Positions 28,002 to 35,640 of a stretch of DNA of 41,050 bases are shown piece after piece. The position numbers were made by a program, and so were the translations under genes. Position 1 is the stretch's first letter. Each line of letters opens with the position of its first letter. Source of the DNA: Nitrososphaeria archaeon (GTDB lineage: Archaea > Thermoproteota > Nitrososphaeria > Conexivisphaerales > UBA164); contig JBMFVR010000001.1 of the NCBI GenBank assembly GCA_049965895.1, positions 1 through 41,050 of the forward strand, given 5' to 3'. The notes below the pieces were generated by a model. The model was given only the letters and a program-made list of their open reading frames with translations, was not told the DNA's origin and did no database searches.

Positions 28002-28632
28002 TAAGAGCATTTCTGAAAAGCTTGATGATATAGCTAAAAAGATAGGCGCTGAAAAAGGGCTTTCAAGCGGCTGTAGATATTATGTTGGTGATTATCTCTG
28101 GCTGGCAAGATATGATATTCTAAAAAAGAGAATAATCATAAATGAGAAGTATTTTAATAATTTAAATGAAGATGAAGCGCTGGCAGTTCTTGTTCATGAA
28201 GAAGTTCATGCATCTCAAAGGATTGGTTATTTTCTGCGGGCACTACTTGCAGTGATTTTTGCAACTTCCATAATTTTTTTAATAACACAGGCAGAATTCA
28301 TCATTCTTGATTTTTTCTATATATCATCTTTTGCGGTACTTATTATAACGCTGGCTTTAACATTGGTGGACTTAATTCTTCTATTACCATATGTGGTAAA
28401 GTTAGTTTCCTGCGCGCTTAATTTAAAGCACTTTGAGATTGAAGCAGACACCATTGCAGCAAAAGAGGTAGGTAAAGAGCAGTTGATTTCGGCGCTTATG
28501 AAAGCTAATGAGATGGTGATGCCTGTTAAGAATTCTGTATTTGCGATGCTGTTTAAGTGGTGGATAAACGTAGTGGATTCATGTGTACATCTCCAATATG
28601 AGAGAAGGTTAATCTACATTAGAGAGATTTAG
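27988..28632 (+). CDS. Putative membrane zinc metalloprotease, short M48/HtpX-like form
   Basis: The HExxH site (VHEEVH) is followed by hydrophobic helices and a distal FEIEADTIAA (ExxxAD-type third ligand region). The gene overlaps the dehydrogenase 3' end by 14 nt. Confidence 0.5.
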   Translation: MRCIDKSISEKLDDIAKKIGAEKGLSSGCRYYVGDYLWLARYDILKKRIIINEKYFNNLNEDEALAVLVHEEVHASQRIGYFLRALLAVIFATSIIFLITQAEFIILDFFYISSFAVLIITLALTLVDLILLLPYVVKLVSCALNLKHFEIEADTIAAKEVGKEQLISALMKANEMVMPVKNSVFAMLFKWWINVVDSCVHLQYERRLIYIREI

Positions 28633-29281
28633 CATTTACCAATATCTTTAACTGTTCTAGAAATTCAAGTGCACCATCACAATATTCCCTTTTGGTAATG
28701 AATTTTGCTATTGCCTTCAATCTATTGTCAGAATTTGCAAGAGCAACGGGAAAATCAACCGCCCTCAACATGGTAATGTCGTTTTCATCGTCGCCCATTG
28801 CTATTTTTATGGTGCCTTTCAAACCCATTGCATCGATAATCTTCGATATACCATATCCTTTATTGATAAATGATGGCATTATCATTATTGAGTTTTTGTT
28901 TTTTTCTATTGTAAATTTGATGTTATGAGATTCCAAGTTATTTTTTATCGTTTTTTCAGCGTCTATTAGCGCATAGCCTATTATTTCACCAAAGTAAACC
29001 AAATCCATTGATTTTAAAGCAACCTTTATTGCTTCTGATTCAGTCTTTCCAAACACTTCCTTTTTTCCATTGTAATATATTATGGCGCCGTTTTCTGCAA
29101 CAAACCCATCAGCGCAATCTGAAAGTTTGTTTTGTAAAAAATCTAGTGTTCTGCCCGACGCTACTATAAATCGTAAATTTTCGTCCCTCTTTAACCTTCT
29201 AATCATATTAATGACTTCACTGCAAAGATCTAACTCCTTGTTTGTTAATGTTCTGTCATAGTCACTGATCAGCGTTAACAT
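28619..29281 (-). CDS. HAD-superfamily hydrolase, subfamily IIB (Cof / phosphoglycolate phosphatase-like)
   Basis: It has motif I (SDYDRTLT) and motif IV (GDDENDITML). Confidence 0.7.
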   Translation of the reverse strand: MLTLISDYDRTLTNKELDLCSEVINMIRRLKRDENLRFIVASGRTLDFLQNKLSDCADGFVAENGAIIYYNGKKEVFGKTESEAIKVALKSMDLVYFGEIIGYALIDAEKTIKNNLESHNIKFTIEKNKNSIMIMPSFINKGYGISKIIDAMGLKGTIKIAMGDDENDITMLRAVDFPVALANSDNRLKAIAKFITKREYCDGALEFLEQLKILVNAKSL

Positions 29282-29296
29282 TGGGTATCGCCACAG

Positions 29297-29947
29297 CTAA
29301 GCATCTGGTGACAGATAATTTGCAACTTGTATCAGGCTTTTTATTTTTATTACATTACTCATATTGATTTTTATATCATGTCCATTTATTAAAAGGAATC
29401 CGGTTCTGGTGACCTTGAACATACTGCTATCATATTCTGTATCGCCAACAGAAAAACTTTCATAATTGTTAAAACCCCTTGCTTTGAGATGATTTAATAT
29501 AATTTTATCTTTATTAAGAGGCTCAACTGGCGCTTCACCATCACCTGTTAAGAATTGATTTTTATCTAATTTAAGACGGTTGCTGTAAACTTCATCTATT
29601 TTAAGTTCTTTGGCAACCTTCTCTGCAAATATGTCAAGGCCAGCAGTGACTATTACTGGAACAATTCCTTCGGAAACTAATTTAGTCATAAGTATTTTAG
29701 CGTCATCCCTTATAGTAACGAATTTCACCATGTTCTCCAGTTCACGATAGTTGACCTTCCCCCTTATGGAGATCCAGCTCTCTATATCTCTTTTCATCAG
29801 TTCACGATAGGAAATTTTTCCCATAAGATATTCTTCTAACCAGCCTGAACCCTTAACGCCAAGCTTGTTATAAATCAATTCCCACGTATTTTCATTGATC
29901 AGGGTTCCGTCCATATCAAAGAACCCAACCTTATATTGCTTATACAT
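29297..29947 (-). CDS. HAD-superfamily hydrolase, subfamily IB (phosphoserine phosphatase-like)
   Basis: It has motif I (FFDMDGTLI), motif II (VTAG) and motif IV (GDTEYD). Confidence 0.65.
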   Translation of the reverse strand: MYKQYKVGFFDMDGTLINENTWELIYNKLGVKGSGWLEEYLMGKISYRELMKRDIESWISIRGKVNYRELENMVKFVTIRDDAKILMTKLVSEGIVPVIVTAGLDIFAEKVAKELKIDEVYSNRLKLDKNQFLTGDGEAPVEPLNKDKIILNHLKARGFNNYESFSVGDTEYDSSMFKVTRTGFLLINGHDIKINMSNVIKIKSLIQVANYLSPDA

Positions 29948-29989
29948 ACTAAAGCTTTGATTTAATTTGATCGGTTAATTAACGTTTCT

Positions 29990-30012
29990 AAAATGCCAGC
30001 ACGCGGCATTTT
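29990..30012. terminator. Perfect 8-bp hairpin (AAAATGCC-7 nt-GGCATTTT) with flanking T runs on both strands, just downstream of the ABC permease gene
   Basis: The inverted repeat at 29990-29997 / 30005-30012 was read directly. Each strand ends in TTTT, which resembles archaeal oligo-T termination signals. Confidence 0.35.
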
Positions 30013-30033
30013 TATAAGGCTGTTCACTTTTAA

Positions 30034-30795
30034 TTAAAGATCGCGCCATCGGGTCCTTTTTATTGATATAATAGCGAGAAGAATGGTAATTCCAGCGAGG
30101 ACCGCCCAGTCAATTACTATCATGGCACCGCTCAACCTGATTACACCAATCTGTGATTGCAGAAGTTCTGCAGCATAGGTTGTTGGAGAAATATATGCTA
30201 TAAGCCTAAATGGATATGGGATATATGTTATGGGATAATACACCGGCGGAAGAGTGGAAAGGACTGTGGACAGTATTCCTGAAAATCCCCAGCTTTCAGT
30301 TATATCACTGGCCCAGCTGGATATCATAAAACCCATGCTTGTGGATAGGGCAAACATCATTGCCAGCACATAAATTATGCTCATAATACCAATAAATGTG
30401 GTTTTTATATAAATCAACGCAAGTAAAAGGAGTACTAAAAGCGATGGAAGCACATAAATTAGCTCTGATATGGCCATTCCCAAATAATAAATAAGCGCAG
30501 ATGTTGGAGACGTTATCACCATATCCTGTAATTTAAAATCAACTTTAAAATGAACAAGGTCTCCCTGCAGAGAAAGACCACTTGATGTCATTTGCATGAG
30601 GAATCCTCCCAATATGCTTGCTGTGATCAGACTCCCCCTGCTTATCAGGTCAATTACTATTAGGAGAGAAAATGGTGCAAGGAAGGTATTAAGTGTTATA
30701 ACTGGATAGTTTTTCATAGCATATATTGCATTTACAAGCACAGAAGCCAAAAGCTGGTTTAATTTACTCCTCTTCATTTTTATGCACCACATCAA
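30034..30795 (-). CDS. ABC-2 type transporter permease
   Basis: It is a membrane protein of about 6 TM helices directly downstream of, and overlapping, an ABC ATPase. The likely start is the MKRSKLNQ Met at 30777. Confidence 0.7.
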   Translation of the reverse strand: MMWCIKMKRSKLNQLLASVLVNAIYAMKNYPVITLNTFLAPFSLLIVIDLISRGSLITASILGGFLMQMTSSGLSLQGDLVHFKVDFKLQDMVITSPTSALIYYLGMAISELIYVLPSLLVLLLLALIYIKTTFIGIMSIIYVLAMMFALSTSMGFMISSWASDITESWGFSGILSTVLSTLPPVYYPITYIPYPFRLIAYISPTTYAAELLQSQIGVIRLSGAMIVIDWAVLAGITILLAIISIKRTRWRDL

Positions 30796-31657
30796 AGAAA
30801 ATATCCTGTAATGTTAGGGGAGAAACGGAAAAAGGAACCCCCTCTTTAAGCAAACTTTCACTTAGTTCAGCCGCAAAGCGAGAATCTGTATTGACATGTA
30901 CACCATCTTCCTCATATATTATATTGCCCCGTAGTCCAGGTGGTAACTTGATTTTTTTATAGATTTTAACTACAGTATCAAAATCTACCTTTGATCGGAA
31001 GTCTTTCAGGGTTCCCAGACCCATTAATTTTCCTCCATCAAGAATACCTATCATGTCAGCTAGCTCTTCGGCTTCTTCAAGGTAATGTGTAGTTAAGAAT
31101 ATCAGCCTGTTTCCCTTTATCCTTTTTAGTAAACCCCATATTTGTTGTCTTGAAATTGGATCCAGCCCGGTAGTTGGTTCGTCAAGAAATATAATATCTG
31201 CTTCGGTGGAAATTGCAGTGGCAACTAGAACTTTCCTTTTAGTGCCACCTGAAAGCGTCCTGTTTGGCTTTTTTGCGAATTCTGTAATTTCGAGCGTAGC
31301 TAATGATTCAGAAGTCTTTATTTTGGCTTCATCATACCTGTATCCCCTCCATAGCAGGTAGGAAAAAATCATTTCTTGTGGTGTCATCCAGTTTACGGGT
31401 CTTGCTTCCTGCGGCACAGCTGCCATTCTCTCCCTAATTTTTCCCGGTTCTTTTATTATATCAATACCATCAACTAATACAGTGCCCGAAGTCGGGAGTA
31501 GTTGGGTTGCAAGTATTCTTAAAAAGGTAGTTTTTCCAGCCCCATTTCTTCCTATGATGGCAAAAATTCCGTTCAATTTAACTGAAAAATTAATAGAATC
31601 GAGTGCAAGCTTTTTGTCATATAATTTTGTAAGGTTGTTTACCTCAAGCTCAATCAT
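30764..31657 (-). CDS. ABC transporter ATP-binding protein (ABC-2/DrrA-like exporter)
   Basis: It has Walker A (GRNGAGKTT), the signature LSGGTKRKV and Walker B (IIFLDEPTTGLD). Confidence 0.9.
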   Translation of the reverse strand: MIELEVNNLTKLYDKKLALDSINFSVKLNGIFAIIGRNGAGKTTFLRILATQLLPTSGTVLVDGIDIIKEPGKIRERMAAVPQEARPVNWMTPQEMIFSYLLWRGYRYDEAKIKTSESLATLEITEFAKKPNRTLSGGTKRKVLVATAISTEADIIFLDEPTTGLDPISRQQIWGLLKRIKGNRLIFLTTHYLEEAEELADMIGILDGGKLMGLGTLKDFRSKVDFDTVVKIYKKIKLPPGLRGNIIYEEDGVHVNTDSRFAAELSESLLKEGVPFSVSPLTLQDIFFDVVHKNEEE

Positions 31658-31714
31658 TTTTGGGGATTATATTGTATTAAAATATAAAAACAGATCTTTA
31701 ATTATAATTTAAGG

Positions 31715-31787
31715 TAGCCCGGGGCGGATTCGAACCGCCGTCCCCGGCTCCAAAGGCCGAGATGCTTGTCCACTACACTACCGGGCT
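31715..31787 (-). tRNA. tRNA-Gln (anticodon UUG)
   Basis: The manual cloverleaf gives acceptor AGCCCGG/CCGGGCU (A1-U72, as in archaeal tRNA-Gln), anticodon arm UCGGC-CUUUGGA-GCCGG and T arm GGCGG-UUCGAAU-CCGCC. It is 73 nt. Confidence 0.9.
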
Positions 31788-31950
31788 GCGCTTGGTTCTT
31801 ATTTGCTGTTTTGCATTTAAGCTTTTAATTCTAGCCCTCGCTAATTATTAACTAAAATTTGTACTGACCTTATTATTAATTTTTTTAGACCTATTGGCAT
31901 AAATTATTATATTTTAGAATATACAGTGATCATTCCAAATGCGATTCCAA

Positions 31951-32286
31951 CTAAATGCGGGAGAGCGCTTCCCCTTTCTGATCGGCCGTCGGAAAGGGGC
32001 CTTGCATTTAGGTGGGAGAACAGGAGGTTGATCAACCCGTTACGTCCAGCTCGTTAGCTGGTTTCAAATAAAAAGACTCAAGTAGAAAACCGAAGTGGCC
32101 AAACGGAGGCTATGGATACTGAGTCATTGGGACAGGAGCCGCACACTCTATCCTTCCATGGGGGGCCAGGGAAGGGTTGAGTTGTGAGACTTTTTGTCTT
32201 AATGAAAAAGGATCCAAAATATCCGCAAGGTCATACAGGCTTTCTATAAGGGTCAATTTATTTAAAATCTGCTGCGAGCTGGACGT
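31951..32286 (+). ncRNA. Unassigned GC-rich structured non-coding island (candidate stable ncRNA; alternatively a MITE-like inverted-repeat element)
   Basis: There are extensive nested complementarities. The pair 31951-58/32004-11 encloses 31971-78/31992-99. A 12-nt palindrome lies at 32026-37. Arms of about 47 nt at 32042-88/32241-86 include an exact 12-bp match. G-T pairs outnumber the single C-A mismatch 3 to 1 in the arms, which favours the + strand. An AT-rich TATA-like tract lies at about 31895-31915. Confidence 0.35.
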
Positions 32287-32341
32287 GAAGGGCATAATTA
32301 TAAAAAAAGTTTAAAAAATATAATAGGCATTATATATTAAC

Positions 32342-33625
32342 ATGGAAATTTCGGATATAATTTCTGATTACATAAGTCAGGCAGACTATAAAATGCTCGA
32401 GAGTAAAGTAAGGGAAGAAGCCAAAAGGAGGGTTCTGGATGCTCTGGCCAACGCTAAATACTCCTACAACGAAATTGGTGGCACCCTGAAACAGGCAGCT
32501 AAATATTTCAGGGGAGACATAGAGACGGTGGATGGCACCAGGGTTTCTGTTGATTTTGCTTCGTTTTATAATACGTTTTTAATAAGGTACTTGGATTTTA
32601 ATGATACATATCTTTCAAAGGAGCCATTACATCCGAGCGATATGATTGGTGGTCTTATAGCTCTTGGCAAAATGCTTAATGCTACAGGAAAGCAGCTTAT
32701 AACATCAATAGCTGTTGGCTACGAAGTTGGGATCAGGCTTTGTGATTCATCTTCATTAAGGAATAGGGGCTTCGATCATGTCCTATTTCTTGCTATAGCA
32801 GAGGCCGCTGCGGCATCAAAGCTTCTAGATCTTGACGCGAGGAAGACCAAGAACGCGATTTCTCTTGCAATGATACCCAATGTTGCGTTAAGGGAGACTA
32901 GGAGCGGTGCACTTTCAATGTGGAAGGCCGGCGCTGCAGCAGACGCTTCAAGAAATGCCATATTTGCTGCCATCGCAGCAATGAGTGGAATTACTGGCCC
33001 AGAAAAGCCATTTAGCGGTAAAATGGGACTAGTAAACATAATACTGCAGGATTTTGATGAAAAAAACTTCGAATCCCTAGGTTATTCTGGCATTTTAAAG
33101 ACATATATAAAACAGTATCCCGCGGAATACCACGCTCAGGCTGCCATAGAAGCTGCGTTGCAGATTGATTACAAGGGTAAAATTGAAGAAGTGGAAATTG
33201 AAACATACGAAGCAGCGAAAAGTATTTTGGCAGATGATGAATCAAAGTGGAGCCCGGGAAATAGGGAAACTGCAGATCATAGCCTGCCTTTTATGGTGGC
33301 GGTAGCTCTTGTAAAAAAGAGTTTCTGGCTGGATTCATACTCTTATATCAAAGATCCAGAAGTTTTATCAGTAATGAAAAAGGTAAGAGTTCATGAAGAT
33401 CAGGATATGACTAAAATTTATCCAGAAAAGTTGCCTGTAAGGATCAGCGTCAAAGCGGAAGGCAATAAAAAAAGCGCATACTTGGAACTTCCCAAGGGCC
33501 ACGCTAAGAGGCCTATGACTAATAAAGAAATAATTGAAAAAGCCACAAGGCTTGGATTAAGTGGGGATGCTGTGGAAAAGGCAATGAACTTAGAACAGGT
33601 TATGGTGAGGGAAATTGTGGTTTAA
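32342..33625 (+). CDS. prpD: 2-methylcitrate dehydratase (MmgE/PrpD family)
   Basis: The 427-aa protein has MmgE/PrpD blocks (DFNDTYL, HPSD, RETADHSLPF). It is followed by an overlapping methylisocitrate lyase gene. Confidence 0.8.
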   Translation: MEISDIISDYISQADYKMLESKVREEAKRRVLDALANAKYSYNEIGGTLKQAAKYFRGDIETVDGTRVSVDFASFYNTFLIRYLDFNDTYLSKEPLHPSDMIGGLIALGKMLNATGKQLITSIAVGYEVGIRLCDSSSLRNRGFDHVLFLAIAEAAAASKLLDLDARKTKNAISLAMIPNVALRETRSGALSMWKAGAAADASRNAIFAAIAAMSGITGPEKPFSGKMGLVNIILQDFDEKNFESLGYSGILKTYIKQYPAEYHAQAAIEAALQIDYKGKIEEVEIETYEAAKSILADDESKWSPGNRETADHSLPFMVAVALVKKSFWLDSYSYIKDPEVLSVMKKVRVHEDQDMTKIYPEKLPVRISVKAEGNKKSAYLELPKGHAKRPMTNKEIIEKATRLGLSGDAVEKAMNLEQVMVREIVV

Positions 33626-34478
33626 AAATTTAGCAGACAGTGAATTCTTAACAGTGCCGGGTGTGTATGATGCCTTTTCGGCGCTGGTTGCTAAAAAGGT
33701 GGGTTTCAAGGCCATATATCTTTCAGGGGCTGCACTTACTTCGTCCATGGGGCTTCCAGACCTTGGATTGATAACGCTTGATGAGCTAGCTGAAGCAGTT
33801 AGAAGAATCAGACGTGCAGTGGATATTCCAATAGTAGTTGATGCTGATACCGGCTTTGGGGAATCGCTAAATGTCTACAGGACAGTCAAGGTGCTAGAAG
33901 AATCAGGGGCAAGTGCAATACAGATAGAGGATCAGAGAAACCCTAAAAAATGTGGTCACTTGGACCAAAAGGAGGTAATTAGTCAGCAGGAAATGGTTGA
34001 AAAAATAATTGCGGCTTTGGATGCAAGAAATGAATCTCTGATAATAGCTAGGACAGATGCACGTGGGGTAACAGGCATCGAAGATGCCATAGCTAGAGCA
34101 AAAAAATACCATGAAGTGGGAGCAGACATAATATTTCCAGAGGCACTGTTAAATGAGGATGAATTCAGATATTTTTATAAGTCTACAGAAGTTCCATTAT
34201 TAGCTAACATGACGGAATTCGGTAAGACACCATACATAACAGCAAATAGATTTAAAAGTATGGGATATAAAATGGTCATATTTCCAGTAACAGCATTTAG
34301 AGGCGCCGCCAAGGCATTAATGGATATTTACAGCTCTTTATTTAATGAAGGAACACAGCTTCCATTTTTAAATAAGTTGATGACAAGGTCTGAGCAGTAT
34401 CAGGTTATAAACTATAAATTCTATGAGGATCTTGATAAAGGGTTCTACGAAAAATCTAGCAGATACCTTTTGAAATAG
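33615..34478 (+). CDS. prpB: Methylisocitrate lyase (isocitrate lyase/PEP mutase superfamily)
   Basis: The motifs VPGVYDAFSA, YLSGAA, DADTGFG and the catalytic loop KKCGHL fit PrpB. A TTG start overlaps the prpD stop. Confidence 0.8.
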   Translation: MWFKNLADSEFLTVPGVYDAFSALVAKKVGFKAIYLSGAALTSSMGLPDLGLITLDELAEAVRRIRRAVDIPIVVDADTGFGESLNVYRTVKVLEESGASAIQIEDQRNPKKCGHLDQKEVISQQEMVEKIIAALDARNESLIIARTDARGVTGIEDAIARAKKYHEVGADIIFPEALLNEDEFRYFYKSTEVPLLANMTEFGKTPYITANRFKSMGYKMVIFPVTAFRGAAKALMDIYSSLFNEGTQLPFLNKLMTRSEQYQVINYKFYEDLDKGFYEKSSRYLLK

Positions 34479-34759
34479 GATTATTTTATTAAAATTGGAT
34501 TAATGCTTTAAAAAGCAGTAAAATCTATAATCAGTTATAAATTGAATATAGCTTTATGCAACTTGAAAGCCATAATGGCGCTAACTTGGGATCCATATTT
34601 ACAAAATATTTGCTAGTTTTCAATAAGCAATGAACCCAGTTTGGATTACAGCAGGCTGTTGACAAACACTTTACAATCTAAATCAAGACGGTCAATAATG
34701 AAATAGCAGAATGCCCTTTAAGGAAGAATTAATATATAAGGATATTATAGGCGAATGTA

Positions 34760-35368
34760 ATGCCTAAAGTAGCAAAGGTCAAAGATAAATGGAAGGCAAA
34801 GATATGGGTAGATGTATTTGCACCTGAAAGTCTAGGAAATATCAATGTTGCAAGAATACCAATTAATGAGGACAGTTCTGCAATTGGCAGAGTTGTTCCA
34901 ATCTCGCTTTACAATATATTTAAAGAAAATCCAGAATATAATAATGTAAAGCTAATGCTGCAGATAGTTAAGATGGATGGTCAAAGGGCTAGTACAATTA
35001 TAAAAAATATCGAGTATGCCAGAGAAGTTTACAGGAGTATGGTAAGAAGAGGGTCATCTCTGATTGAATGGATTGGCACATATAACACAAATGACAATTA
35101 TAAGGTAAGGCTCCACATGGCAATATTTACTCCGGAGAGGATAAACTGGTCAAAAATGAGAGAAGCTAGGCTAGTAATGGAAAAATCGCTTATGGAAATG
35201 GTTCCAAACATGACCTATGATCAGCTCATCAATTCATTACTTACTGGCAAGCTGCTTGAAGAGGTTTCAGAAAACGTAAAGAAAATTCATCCAGTAAAAA
35301 ATGCCATCCTAGTAAGAATGAAGCTTCTTACTCCAATTTTGAAGAAAACATCTGAAGTAGCCGCATAA
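34760..35368 (+). CDS. rps3ae: 30S ribosomal protein S3Ae (eS1)
   Basis: The N-terminus VKDKWKAKIWVDVFAPE and a length of about 200 aa fit S3Ae. Confidence 0.9.
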   Translation: MPKVAKVKDKWKAKIWVDVFAPESLGNINVARIPINEDSSAIGRVVPISLYNIFKENPEYNNVKLMLQIVKMDGQRASTIIKNIEYAREVYRSMVRRGSSLIEWIGTYNTNDNYKVRLHMAIFTPERINWSKMREARLVMEKSLMEMVPNMTYDQLINSLLTGKLLEEVSENVKKIHPVKNAILVRMKLLTPILKKTSEVAA

Positions 35369-35528
35369 AATTTAAAATCATAAACAATTATGTAAGAAGA
35401 TTATTAAAATCTAATTTTAGGTATTACATAATAGAAAAACATAGCGGGTGTGAGAGGAATATGGTGTTGGGGGCAAATCCATAAACGAAACAAACGTATA
35501 AAATAGGCACTCCGTTTGCGGGGGCATT

Positions 35529-35583
35529 CATGAAAATGGTAGAAGATTGTGCGTATGCCTGCGCATAAATAAGGCAATAAATG
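35529..35583 (+). repeat. Copy B of the 55-nt conserved intergenic element; contains the 12-codon ORF 35530..35568, MKMVEDCAYACA
   Basis: It is 52/55 identical to 2974..3028 in the same orientation. It lies in the 272-bp spacer between the convergent genes rps3ae and metG. Confidence 0.8.
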
Positions 35584-35640
35584 GGTAAGCCAGAACCCTT
35601 CTTGGGGAGAAGCTGCCATTACTACAGTTTGGAGAAGACA

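Noticed and set aside
31959-32000. TPP riboswitch resemblance (CCCUUUCUGAUCGG... versus ACCCUUUGAACCUGAUCUGG)
   Set aside because: The CUGAGA element and the P3/P5 helices are missing. The downstream gene (prpD) has no link to thiamine, and it has its own promoter-like box after the element.
31951-32286. SRP (7S) RNA, the obvious candidate for a ~300-nt GC-rich RNA with a long helix-5-like hairpin
   Set aside because: I could not find the conserved helix-8 motif (stem-GGAA-GGNAGCA), a GNAR-capped helix 6, or the Alu-domain UGUAAU turn on either strand. The long helix is also not closed by the 5' domain as it is in SRP RNA. I left the region as unassigned. A covariance-model scan should still be run.
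32110-32295. Listed 61-aa minus-strand ORF divergent from prpD
   Set aside because: It spans one arm and the GC-rich apex of the long inverted-repeat element, and it has a Pro/Ala-rich tail. It has an ATG start and an upstream AT-rich tract, so it is not excluded, but the structural signal is the better explanation.
2974-35583. The two 55-nt direct repeats as att sites bounding a 32.6-kb integrated element
   Set aside because: The enclosed DNA is core housekeeping (aaRS genes, primase, AglB, KEOPS, SucCD, FEN-1, tRNAs). It has host-like composition and no integrase. The repeats do not overlap a tRNA gene.
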